From assembly GCA_040954595.2 (NCBI GenBank), contig CM082592.2, positions 4,666,735 through 4,730,734 of the forward strand: a stretch of DNA of 64,000 nucleotides, in the 5' to 3' direction. Under the pieces are notes generated by a model. It was not told the origin of the DNA. It did no database searches and saw nothing but the letters and a program-made list of their open reading frames with translations. Source of the DNA: Balanoglossus misakiensis. Taxonomy: Eukaryota > Animalia > Hemichordata. The position numbers and the translations under genes were made by a program. Below are positions 12,401 to 25,300 of this stretch, piece by piece (the stretch's first letter is position 1; each line of letters opens with the position of its first letter).

Positions 12401-14167
12401 GATGCGGCCGGTTTGTTCTTTGCATGGCTGGCCCGTTCGCCGGTTTCTGTCGATTTTCATTTCTTCTCTTGACTTGGTTTTACCAAGCTGCACCAGCCAG
12501 TGACGTCTCTGCTTTAATGCTCTCGTCAAACTCATGAAACTTCGCTTCTTTCGTTTTCTCGCCAAGTACTTTTCCGATTCCGTCCACGACTGTGGTTTAC
12601 CATCCCGCGGTATCTCCAGACCGTCGTGGACGTTTATCGTCACAGCCGGCTGGTCCAAACTCAGGCGGCGTCGGTAAACCCTCGGCGGGTCGCGAGGGAA
12701 GTGGGCAGCGACCAGAACAGCTTTCTTCACTTTCCTGCAGGACCTCTTCTTGCGTTGGCTGACAATGACGTCGATGCGGTGAACGCTTGTCGAGGATGCG
12801 GGTTCTGTCGTGTGTTTTCCCTCGCACGGGGGTGACGTCACACTCTCCTCACACTGGGGGACTGCTGATTGCTGAGGGGGTTGTTCGTCATCGCTCTCGC
12901 TTGCCCTTTGCACACTGTCTCGATCTTTCTTTGCTTTAAGGTTGACAGTGGGATTTCCAGTTTTCAAATCTTCCTTTGACATGCCGGCTTTTACTGCCGG
13001 GACAAAGTCTTGGGCGTGAGCCTTTGCGTTTTTACTCCAAACAATCCATCGGTGGGACCAGGAAATCCTACGACGAGCAAGGCTTTTGGGAAACGATCTG
13101 ACGAACTCGTACACGTCCGTCTTCTTCGTTACCTTTTGATTTTTGGCCGCAAATGCTTTTATTTCCGACAACGAATCCAGATAAAACTGAAGAAAATAGC
13201 ATGTTATTAGAAAAGTATACACCACTATTATTTCTATCAGAAATTCAACCCGACTGAAAGCAATTACAATAGGACAGCATTTAAATACGACCTCCCGTTT
13301 TCTACGTACTTTACTGATGAAATTAAGACAATGACAACTTCAAGCGAAAATGTCAAAACTACATGAGGCATCAAATCCGGCGAGAATCTGTTAACTTTCT
13401 CTGGAGCTAGCCTTTCTTCAATTGAAATCTCTTTTTTTTGTTATAATGTAAATTGGCCAAATCGGGGTGAGACTAAAACGAAGGAAAGCGAAGGACGCTG
13501 ATATATCCATATTTTAGGGCGAAGGACGAGGTTTCCTGTATGCTGGAGGCCGAAGGACAAGTTTAGCTTCGAATAAAAGGCCGAAGGAAAGCGAAGGACA
13601 CTGATTTATCCATATTTTAGGGCGAAGGACGAGGTTTTCTGTATGCTGGAGGCCAAAGGACAGGTTTAGCTTGGTCCAGCATACAGTAAACCTCGTCCTT
13701 CGCCCTAAAATATGGAGATATCAGCGTCCTTCGCTTTCCTTCGGCCTTTTATACCAAGCTAAACCTGTCATTCGGCCTTAATTACTTAGCTAAACGTGTC
13801 CTTCGCCCTTCAGCATAGAGATGATCATGGCCTTCGCACTAAAGTATGGAGTTATCAGCGTCCTTCGCTTTCCTTCGGTTTCCTTCGTTTTAGTTTATGC
13901 TCCAAATCGCGCGAAGCTTACCTGGCTGAGAAGGGGATACAACGCTTTTTGCCTTCCTGAAGGTTCACGCCAGAAGCTTTCGTCGCTCCTGCTAATTGCC
14001 CAGTCGCTGTCGGCGTTGTGATCGACATGTTGGACAGTGGTCTGCAGCTGCTCGTTGAGGAGTGACTCGTCTCGCCCTACACGACATCGGTTGTTGTGTT
14101 CTTCAACGACGGTGTCCCTGTCACCGTTCTCGGGTTCTGTCGGGTTCAATTTGAGGGCGCATAACAT
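9492..14167 (-). CDS. Uncharacterised Gln/His-rich protein, six coding exons, ~989 aa
   Basis: Minus-strand exons 14167-13922, 13186-10931, 10575-10378, 10220-10024, 9900-9881, 9544-9492 (TAA). All junctions are GT-AG and all phases match. Contains a 2.2-kb open exon with poly-Q/H tracts and basic clusters (RKKRSCRKVKK, RKRKKRS). No family recognised. Confidence 0.7.
13465..13901. mobile_element. Foldback-type non-autonomous DNA element with 8-bp TSD
   Basis: ACTAAAACGAAGGAAA (13472) and TTTCCTTCGTTTTAGT (ending 13894) are inverted. Internal ~104-bp units run tandem on the left and inverted on the right. Flanked by direct repeat CCAAATCG at 13457-13464 and 13902-13909. Confidence 0.75.
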
Positions 14168-15626
14168 GACGGTTTGTGATGTGCGTGCGTTTTTTTTTCT
14201 TGATCACATTTTCATTTTTCAGTAAAGTGATTTGTTTTGTAGGCCACACTGTGTTCCGTAGATTCTGTCAAGAGAACAGGCTGCGCGACCCAACAACAAC
14301 AATGGAACGCGTTAAAGGAGCGTTCCAAACGTCTTGACTGCATGCTGGAGATTGGTTGGATCGCCGGCCCGTCACTATGCAACATACGCGTGTTCGACGC
14401 GGTTGCCAACGCACGCTGTACCTCCTCGTGCCTAGCTTTATTTTAATATGACACGTGTGGCCATGCCCAGTGCTATTATAAGTTGCTACGTTGGGAAAGA
14501 CTGGAAAATTTGGAGAATGAGAAATAATACTTTTAAAGCCGATATAGCTGCTAAATTTCACATATTTTTTCCACGATAAAATACTTCAAACTTATTCCCT
14601 ATCCTCTAAAATCCTCACAATTAAGTCACATTACTTGCATTTGCATCAGTTTGTCATCTCTTGGCGACGCATACCACGATAGCTGCGTACTGTTTGTATG
14701 GAGGCTGATTAAATCGGTGCGGCACCTATTTAATACATAGCGTGTTCAAATAGCAACGTACAATCACAATTTCTTTTTCGATAAATATTCCATGATTGTA
14801 TGGTGTTTAATGAATTTCAAAGCGAATCGAGCGTGGGTGCAATTATCGACCCCGTCAAATTGCACTTTCAGTCGGCGAATACGCCATTTATCGTCTGCTG
14901 CAATAATTGTAGCCCGTTGGTCGTAGGGTTATGGTCGGTCAGTTGTAATGGGGACAAGCCGACCGTTCACTAACCTTTGCTGATTCGGGCTAAAAGGTCG
15001 ACAACTCACTGTAGTAAGAGATGGAAGAAATTATATGTTATAAACCAGTGTATATCATGACTTCCTTTGGTCAAAAAATTCTGTCTTTGTAGTTTTTTTC
15101 CACATTTTGTTATTTTTTCTGTTGCAGTGTTTCACTTCATCTTATGAACTTCTATTTCTTAAAAGTGGCAAAAACTTGAAATTTTGTCGATTGTGAGATT
15201 TTCATCACTCACTTAGGTAGCAAAAACCTGATATTCCACTACACCATTCCCAATGACCAGCGAGCGTCATTGTCGCTGGCCTTTCAATCTTACATGTAAT
15301 AGGCGCCCTCTGGGGAGGAAACGGTGCGACCATATGCCCGTCATCTCTCTGGAAATCGACAACGGGTCACATGGGCAGATCACGTGATTGATAGTGAAGA
15401 TCGCATCTGTTCCACGCGATGGCGATGATCGCGCGCGCGTTGTTTAACGTTTGAAATCGGGCACAACGGCATAGCCGTTAATCATGATTCGTAAAGAAGA
15501 GCGAAGAGAAGTCGGCAACGCAGACACTCGGTCATTTCTCTGTTAACTAAGGAAGTTTCGCAGGGTCCATGGCATCAACGTAGAGATTCTTTTATTTTTA
15601 AATCATCAAGTTCATGCAAATGCAAT

Positions 15627-18600
15627 ATGATGAGCATACATCATTTGTCCATCGGATTACTCTGTTTGATCGCCGTGTCTGAATGGACTTCTGCGTACCC
15701 CATTACAGAAGAGGAATACCGTGAGTAAAACTAGTCTGGTATACGAATTTGATGCTCTAGTGTTTACAGTAACTCGGGCGATCTACAGATCATCTTTTAT
15801 ATGTAGTGTAGTGTTCGTGTAGCTAGGCAACCATGTGCACCCGATCACTGCAAAAGCCCTGCGATGAAGATTTTGAAATGACTGGGAAATGATAGAATAA
15901 TACTGAGTGAAAACGTGAAAAAATTTGGGATTGTATGCGTGAACATCATCTGTAGGAAATGAAACTCGGTGTCATGAATTCAGAAAATGAATGTACATGA
16001 ATGTTTTATTAGGGACTGTCCAGAATTTACTTCCAGGGTGGGGCTGGAGGATTTCTTATTTTCTGGGTGATTTTTTTCCACCCCCCCCCCCTTGTAAATT
16101 GTGGAGGAAATCTGTGGCCCCCCCTTAAATTTCCTGTTTTTTTTTCATGACCCCCCCTTCCCCCAATATATACATGCATGCTTACAGACTACGACACATG
16201 CAGTCTGATAAGTATTTGTATTCTGTGTTGGCAGATATTGTAAACCGAGAAGTGAAGGGGGTGGGTTTGGGAGGGGGTGTCCCCCTCCCACGTAAGAAAA
16301 TTTTATAAAATACAGAGCTCAAAGCTGCATTTTAATGAACCCAAAAGCAAATTAACTTTTTATATTACATATATGAATGATTGATGAGAAAATTAACGAA
16401 TTCTAGTCTGGACTTGAATTGAGCTCGTCAACAGTAACAACACTGACTGTTCACTGTACATATATGGTCTGTGCTGGCAGGCCAAATACTTGGCATTTTA
16501 TTATGCTTCACAGAGTAGAACAAGAAACTGTAGTAGATATACAAAATAACCCACCATAAAAATAACCGGAAATTCAAGCTTATGAAGATTTAATGCACTT
16601 GCGGAGTTCATCTGTCATCCAGGTAGCCATGGTGGTTTGTTTCTTATAAATCAGTACTTCTGGGCAAATATTGAGTTTGTGAGGGTTTTTTTACATGGCC
16701 CCCCCTAAAGGATTGTGATTTTTATGTCTGACCCCCTCTAATTTTTCTTGGGGAAAATGGGTGGCCCCCCCTGAAAATCCTCCAGCCCCCCCCCCCCCCC
16801 CCATGGAAGTAAATTCTGGACAGTCCCTTACTCTCTTGTGTATTTGCTTGCACCAAAATGGTTGTACTTTGGTTTTGGGGGAGTGTGGTGGCAGACATTT
16901 TTGCACCATTGTTTCCATTAAAGGGACAAAGTCCCCCCCCCCCCCGCCGCCCTTTATTCCATTAATTATTTTTGATACAAGAAACCATTTTATGTTAATG
17001 TACATGTGTGTATGTAGTGAATGAACGTTCAACCACACACAACTTCAATCCTTCTTGTATGATATGAAAGTAAAAACTCGCCCAAAATGAATAAATGGTA
17101 GAGAACGATTATTCATTTTGGTGAGTTTTTCACTCTCGTGTCTACATCCAACTACAAGCAGGATGGACGGTGTGTGTAGTTCAACGTTGATTCACTATGT
17201 ATCCACATGTACATTAACATTAACGGTGTCTCGTATCAAACATAGATAATAGAGAAAAGGGCAGTGAGGGAGAGACATTGTCCCTTTAATACCATAAAAA
17301 TGGTGTTGTTAGTCGCGGGTCAGTCATCTGATGACCAGTGTGAGCGGATGATGTTGTGGGGTTGGTCAGTCGAATGTTTATAGTATTCACATTGTATGAC
17401 TTCTAGGCTTGCACGTTTGCTTTAAAGGTCATGTCCTTTGTGTGTATGTAATAAAGTGTCTTCCTAAAAACAAAATAAATCGCCCCTAATATATGTTGCC
17501 AAATTTGAAACAGAAAATACTTAGTACTGGATCATAAGACACTCCTACGGAGTTCCTACAGGCTACAGGTTTTTGGGAGGGATTACAGAAAATGAGCAAC
17601 CCCCCCCCCCCCCCCCCCCCTCACCGCGCCGTCACAAGGGACTGGTGACTCAGTGGAATCAGCATGGGGGGGGGGGGTTCTGTTTTGTGGATATCAAAAT
17701 GTGACTGCAGAGCCCCCCCCCCCCCATTAAAAATAGATAAGTGGTCAAAACCAGTAGCTGCCCTGACATCATTTACCTTTTTTTTTTAAAATTTGCAGTG
17801 AAGAAGGCCAGCAAAACGAAGATAACAGTAAAAAGCTACGGGATTGTTGGGAGATGGTACAATGCTACTCTCGAATACGATCCTGATGTAAAAATGGCTT
17901 ATTGGTACATTCATCTTAGTACTCCTGTGGGGAATGTTCAATTTGCCTATCCAGCTTGGATAGCATCCTTCTTGGATGGTTGGCATCCAACTCCTATAAT
18001 GTTTAATTTTATGCGTGTATATATATTACAAATGGCTTGGATATTACCTTATCATGTTACAAACCTGTATTTACGTCCTTACAGTAAGTATACCAGTAAT
18101 TTCTTCGTGTTTACTCTAAGTATGTAGTCTGGGTACTTAGATTGGTCTCTTTCTAATTTTGCAATATGCAACTGTTACATGAATGCCAAGTTCTATTTAC
18201 ATTAGAGATGCTAAAATACTCAATAGAGCACTGCAAAAAACTGGCTCCTCAACTATAGCACTCAGCAGAGGAAATGTTTGGTTAAACCAAATAAATATCA
18301 TGAAAACACTGTTGAATTTATGGATGTTTTATTTCGGAACTGCTCTAAGGGAACATTTAGGACTTCACCACGCACGATGCCTGTCTTGTCACTTTTTGTC
18401 GTCTGCTTCATGATTAATGCTCTCTCAACCAGGCCCACCTGTGTTTACATTCATCAACGCGACTTTGGTTCAATTTGTAACTTCTTTTCCTGATGCTGTA
18501 CTGTTTTATTTCATAGTATTGCAGGCTTATTCCTTTATTAGGTTGTACTGTATGCAAATGTTTATCTGTGCCACATATTGCTTATTATTTCAGAATATCC

Positions 18601-21600
18601 ACCTTTGTCCTATAGTACAATGTATGCCTACCACCGTTACAACGAGGAGTTCTTTGACTCGGGCCAGTGGAAAACCTCGTTTCAACTTATCCACGTACGA
18701 GATACTACTCGCCAGAAGGTAAATTTTTACAACACAATAATAGGAAGTTTGGGATACCATTACGAATACACCTACTCATCCATATCACCATCCATATTAA
18801 ATATCTCTTGTGACCGGCTCAAAGATGAAGCTACCCCACCAGCATTTGTCACTGTTCAATTCAGCGATGGTTTCCTAGGTAAGTTTTCATATGTCTTGGT
18901 CTTTGAAAAATTCAGGGGTGTACAAAAAATGTACTACGTAAATTACAGAAAGTGTAAAAATCAATTGATGTTTAGTTTGTGTTCCATACTTTGTGTTTAG
19001 CTTTAAATATCCTGATAGCATTATTGTTTTGTAAACTTAACAAAAAATATGCCAGTGTGATTGCTCCCTGTCCCATTTGTGACCTCTGATGTCATTTAGG
19101 CATATTCCTCTGAGCCTATAGAGTTAAATAAGTAATAGACTACTAAGCAATCTTTCAGTATTTATAGAAATAATTTTGATTTTACAGATATTATCTGTAA
19201 AATCAAAATTATGTCAGAGGTGCTTACCAATTTACCTATAATGACTAAATCCCTGTATTTCCTGGCATTATCTTTCTCTCAAAAATTGTAAGAAAATAAT
19301 CAGTTTGGCAATTCTTCGATATCAAATGACGTCAGACGCGCTCAGGTGGCAGTTATGTCGGCATTCAAATTTCCAGATGATAGGCAACTTCAACAACGTG
19401 GTGACTGGTTCAGACAAAGACAGTGCAAACGAAATGCCATGAGGCTGCTGAGGCACCATACCTGATACATGTTACGTTTGAAAGTAAAAACATACTTTTA
19501 CTGGATGCCGAAATATTGCTTGCCCGTCATCTGAAGTATGACGACGCCGTGGGTCACATGGCCAGATCACGTGATTGATATTAACGAATAGTGTTACTTT
19601 GTGGTCCCCGGGTTGGTTCATTGTGTGACTGACTTTCTCCTCAGTGGAGCAGGAACTGCCACAGATTTATGTGAAGAAACAGTGGTTTTTGATCACGCGA
19701 GAAAACCCTCCGTCTGGCCAGCTCAGTTTCACAGTGACCGTGCAAGATAGTGAATTCCTTGACGACCCCGATGTTTTCACTGCTAGCGTGTACATCATTA
19801 GCCCGTTGAAAAGAGTAGAACTTCACTTGAAACAAGGTAGGTGTCAGTGTAGTTGTTGTCTTAAATCTGTACCAAAGAGGTGAAAACTGACATTTGAACG
19901 CAACACAGGATAGACTATACAATGGCCATAGCTTTCGACAATCAGGGTATCGTGATTGATGTCTCCCAGTTCTAAAGTAATCTGCTGTTCTAAGCTTTTC
20001 TGGTCTGATCATCGTTTTCAGAGTCACAAGTGTCTGACCATGGATTTTTAGGCAAGTCTCCATTCCTGGTGAATATACCAATAGACCTAACCATTGTTCC
20101 TACGGGAACGGCATACTTTGCGGAGTTGTACTTGGATGACACGACATACCCGTTAGAAGGAATGAACACCACCTTAGAATTCAGCGAGACGGGCGATCAC
20201 AGTCTGAGGGTCATCGTCGGAAATCAGTATGACAACATCACATCGGAGGAAAGTGTAATCATAGTCCAGCCAATAACAGACATGGTCATATTGAACAGTG
20301 GACCATCGGAACCGGATGAAGATGTTGCACTTCTTATATTTGCGAAAGACATCGGCCACAAGACCGTATTCAGTCTCGACTTCGGTGATGGGAGCCCACC
20401 TTTTGACTTTTCGTGGCCCTCACTCGACGGTGACGTCGACGGTTTCGGGATCAATTTCCCCTTCGATCCCGCTCAACTTCGTCGGGCCGTGTTCACTCAC
20501 GCGTACGACACAACGGGTGAATACACAGTCACGTTGAGCGGCCAGGGTCCGACTTCGGCGGCCGTTTCCACCACCCAGGTCACAGTGCAGGCCGGGGCAT
20601 GCCCCCCGCCGAGTGTACACATTGGTGGCGGCAGAGAAGTTGTGTCTTTCGTCAGATTCAAGGAGGTCACGCTAACCAGCCAAGTCTCGGCCGAGTGCAG
20701 GGACCGGAAAGCGGTGACTAGTTTATGGGAGGCCTACCAGGTAGAAGACAGCTCGTCTCTGCCAACAGACCTGAATCGCTATGCCCTTGACCCGTCCATC
20801 GACGTTACATCGACCACTTTCACTATTCCAAGTTTCACTCTGGATTACGGCATCTTCATCTTCCAGCTGACTGTCAGCGCCATCAATACACTTGATGTGG
20901 CTACCTCCACTACTGACAGGGCTCGTGTCGAGATCAAGAAATCTCCACTCATACCAATGATCTCTGGTGGCTCAGTAAGAGCTGTTGGTAAGCTAATCAC
21001 AAAACAGTATGTTACTCAACATTAACACTTATCGCCTTGAGACAATGGGTCTGTTTTGATTTTGTGATTATTGTCAAGACAACCAGTTGAACCACTAGTA
21101 TTCTGGTCACCAACTTTCACTGTATTTTTTATACTGCTATTCCTTTTTTGTGCATATCCACCTGGATATGGGCTTATAAACAGATGTATACGGTAAATCA
21201 TTTTTAAGATTTTCAAGGAGGGATGGTTTATAGATTTTCACTCAGACACACATGGTATGTTATCATGATTTGGTTTTTGATAAAGACATTTAGATGCACA
21301 TCAACAGGCAAACACTGACTGAACCATAAGCTGCCAATGGCATGTGCACTGTCCATACACCAAATAGAACAGTTGGTCTCTGTTAAGGATGTACGTTCAG
21401 TAAAATTGAAAGTATTGTCATTTTTTTTAATTGTGGATTTTTTTATTCTCCTTTGTATGTATAATGAAAATCCGTAATAAAATATAGGGGTCACCGCGCT
21501 TGTTTATGAAATACAGAGCCATGAATTTGGTCGATAATAGAAGAAATCTGCTGACTCAGCATTTTTCACCAATGGTTTGTCTATGGGCAAAATTTTTAAC

Positions 21601-22295
21601 GCAATTTATCTCAAAATAGAGCGCGGTGACCCCTATATTTTATTTGACCAATGAATTTATATTTGCTAGACTGAGCTATTTGTAAAATTTCGTGAAAATG
21701 ACAATAGTAGAAGTTTGTTTTCTAGCGATTATCAATGTAATCCTATGGGAAAAAGACCGGGCGCGCAGTATTTCCGGTTTTATGTTCTGCGCGTACATCC
21801 TTAAATGTTAGCCAGATATCCAGATATGTAAACATGCAGGAATTTGCTGTGTATACAAATCTCAGCAGGGGGTTCCTATGTTCTGCTAATTGCTCTTCTT
21901 GAGATGATTTTTTTTGTGGTATAGGACAAAATATCCTACAAAGTATAAAAGTATGCTACCCTCATTATGCCAATGTTTTAGTGGTGAATCTACTGATGGA
22001 TGACTGTAGACAGTGCTCTGGCCCCAGTTCCTGTACTGATACATGTCATGTCAATGTGAATGACACTTTCCTGTCTTGGTACACAGGTTGGAATCAGACA
22101 ATAGTTTTTGATGGAAGTAAGTCGAGAGACCCAGATGACATTGATCCTCACAATGGAATAGTTTTCCAATGGTTCTGCCGGCAAGCCAATGAAACTTTTC
22201 CAGAAGATCTGAGTCCAGAAAGTGCAATGGAAAAAGGTAATTTTGTCTAAAAAAAAATTCTATTGTTAAATGGTGGTATATAAAAAGTGAATTTT

Positions 22296-22347
<52 letters not shown>

Positions 22348-25300
22348 TATTTTTTTATTTTTTATTTATTTATTTATTTATTTATTTACTGACAAAGCCC
22401 TCAAAAGGAGAGAGAAAAAGAAACACATACATAAACAGATTCCAAAAGTAAGACCAAAATGCACTATTTCTCAATGTCCATGTTGGTTAGCTATTTGAGT
22501 AATGTTGGAATTAATTTTTTTGCAAATTCAACCTACATTTTACTTGCCTATCTTTTCCTGTCCCTTTGACATAGAACCACATTTTAAAAGAATTTCTATA
22601 AACTGGACGCCTCTGTAAACCGAACAATTTCTTCCGTACCTTTGGTGTTATATTTAGACAGGTTTTATTGTACGTATGCTACATCTATAATTTATTCCAG
22701 GTGGCTGTCTTGGGAGTGGTCTGTTCCTTGGCAACAAAACCGTGTGGAGCTTGCCTCATGCCAGTTTGCGTGGAAACAAGACGTATACCATTCGATTGTT
22801 ATTAAGCAAAGATGACAGAAGTAGTGTTCATTCTGATCAAACTCTTAGTGTTTTACCCGGCGATCCACCGACCATAGAACTGAGGTGTGTTGACTTTTCC
22901 AACCAGTTTGAGTTTCATCTCCTTGTTTTCACTCAAATGAAATTGTCATGGTTTCTCTCCCTTTAAAGGGACAAAGTCTCTCTCTTGCTGCCCCTTTTCC
23001 ATTAATATACTGGTATAGTGAATCAATGTTCGACCACACACAACTTCCATCCTGTTTGTAGGATATGAGAGTAAAAATCCCACTAAAACGAATAAATGGT
23101 AAACAGGGATTATTCTTTCTGCCGAGTTTTTCACTCTTGTGTCTACAAGCAGGATGGAAGGTGTGTGTGGTTGAATGTTCATTCACTATATATCCACATG
23201 TGAAATAACATAAACGGTGTCTTGTATCAGACATAATTTTATGGAAAAAGGGTAGCGAGAGAGAAAGAGAGAGAATTTGTCTCTTTAATAGACTTATGTA
23301 CATTAGGTTAATACAGAGATAAACTTGAGTCAGTTAACTTTGCAAGTATACCTGTACATATGAATCAGAACCCTGTCTGCTGATAAGCCTTGTTGAAATT
23401 CTGTGTTGTGCTGTTTTTTCATGGCTATAAATCTTCCTGACAGATGTCTGAAAAACTGCGGGGGTGAAATCAATCCCTCGGAGAAATTGATCCTGTCCGG
23501 TAAGTGCACAGACTGCACCTTCTACACCCGCCCACAGTACTGGTGGACTTTCAGGAGCCGAGAGGGAAACGTGAAACAGGACATTGACTGGAGGACAGAC
23601 GCAACAACACGCAGACACAATGCCTATCTGTCAATCAAAGCGAATGCATTCCTCGACAGTGCATATGCAGAAGAATACACATTCCGACTTACAAGTAAGT
23701 GAAGATGGTATAAACTTACTTGCTGTTCTGTGTTGAATAACCCTTAGGCAGAATTATGGAAAGAATATGATTTAGGAAAACTGAAATCTTTCCACCTAGT
23801 AAATTGCTGTGAAACGTAATGTAATATTCAAAAGCATAAAACTTCACACATTCTTCCTTTAATGCATTTCACAGAGAGAGAAATGTTTATATAGAAAAAC
23901 AAAATGTATTCTTTGTACAAATTGCAAGTCTACCGACCTCCATGCACTTTCAATAGATTATTTTTATAAGGGGACTATAACAGCAAGTCAAAATTTGATC
24001 ATACATATGTGTGTTTCTATTGGGTTTAGAAATATTATAGACAGTCACATGCTGAGTTCAGACGGGCATTTTATCTACATCAGTGAAAACCTAAGTTATA
24101 TCCTCCAAAAACTCTAATATGTTCACAGAGAGTTCATATTGAGATAATACCGGTAGATGTACACTTTTGAATGGTTGTGTAATTTTATATTAATTCCAGT
24201 CACTAGTTGGAGTGGTGCCGTCAGCTTCGCAGAGTACACATTCACCGTAAACCAAGCACCGAGCATGGGCACTTGTCATGCAAGTCCGACCACAGGAATT
24301 GTACTGCAAACCAAATTCACCGTCAGGTGCTCTGATTTCTCCGACCCCAACAAACCACTCAGGTATGAGTTCAGAGCCAGCACTGGCACAGAACACAACG
24401 TGCCTGTCGCCGATACGTCATCAGCCACAGGTATGAGTCGTGTCTTTTATTCTGCTCTTAAAAGGACAAAGTCTCTCTCTCGCTGCCCTTTTTCCATTAA
24501 CGATATTTGATAGTGAGACACCGTTTACATGTGGATATGTAGTGAATCAACGTTTAACCACACAGAACTTCCATCCAACTTGTAGACACGAGAGTGAAAA
24601 ACTCGCCAAAATGAATAATTGGTGTTTACCATTTATTCATTTGGGGGGAATTTTAACTCTCAAAGCTCTATCCTATACAATGTAGTCAAGACTTAATTAG
24701 AGCTAAAATTGCATGTTGTTAAGTTTTCCTGGCTAAATTAGTCCAGAGAGAAATGTATTATAAAAATCTGCTGGCGGACTATTATTCTTCTCTAACACAT
24801 ACATGTAACCGTTCTTTTGCAGAATTGTTGACAAGAAATCAATATTTTTTTTGGAATATTTGATTGTGGTTTTGTACTTTCTAGGTTCTCTCCTGTATTA
24901 CGGTCTCGACAGTGTGGCGTACGATCTGTTACTTCCACTTGGCTTGGCGAATAATAACTATTTAGTGAGGATAGACATTACAGTCTTTGATTCATATGGG
25001 GTCAGCGTGTTTACACATGTGAATGTCACTGTGAGTATTACAACATCATGACTACTAGATTTGTTAAACGAGTATAAAATGGGGGGGGGGGGGAATGCTA
25101 GGATGTATTTTTTTCACCCATAGGTTTTCTATGGGCAAAATGTTGAATGAATATTATCAAAATTAAGTACATGTACATGTTTGCAATAATGACATTTTGT
25201 TCACGAAGTTTAATTTCTTTTGACAGGGTCGTGTGTAGTTCGTGGAAATTAACAGTAGAAGTGTGTTTGCCAACTGCATTCAATTATGCGTTCACCCAAT

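Noticed and set aside
13472-13894. Regularly spaced CGAAGG repeats resembling a CRISPR array
   Set aside because: The spacers are themselves repeated and inverted, the context is a eukaryotic intron, and no cas genes are present. It is a foldback transposon.
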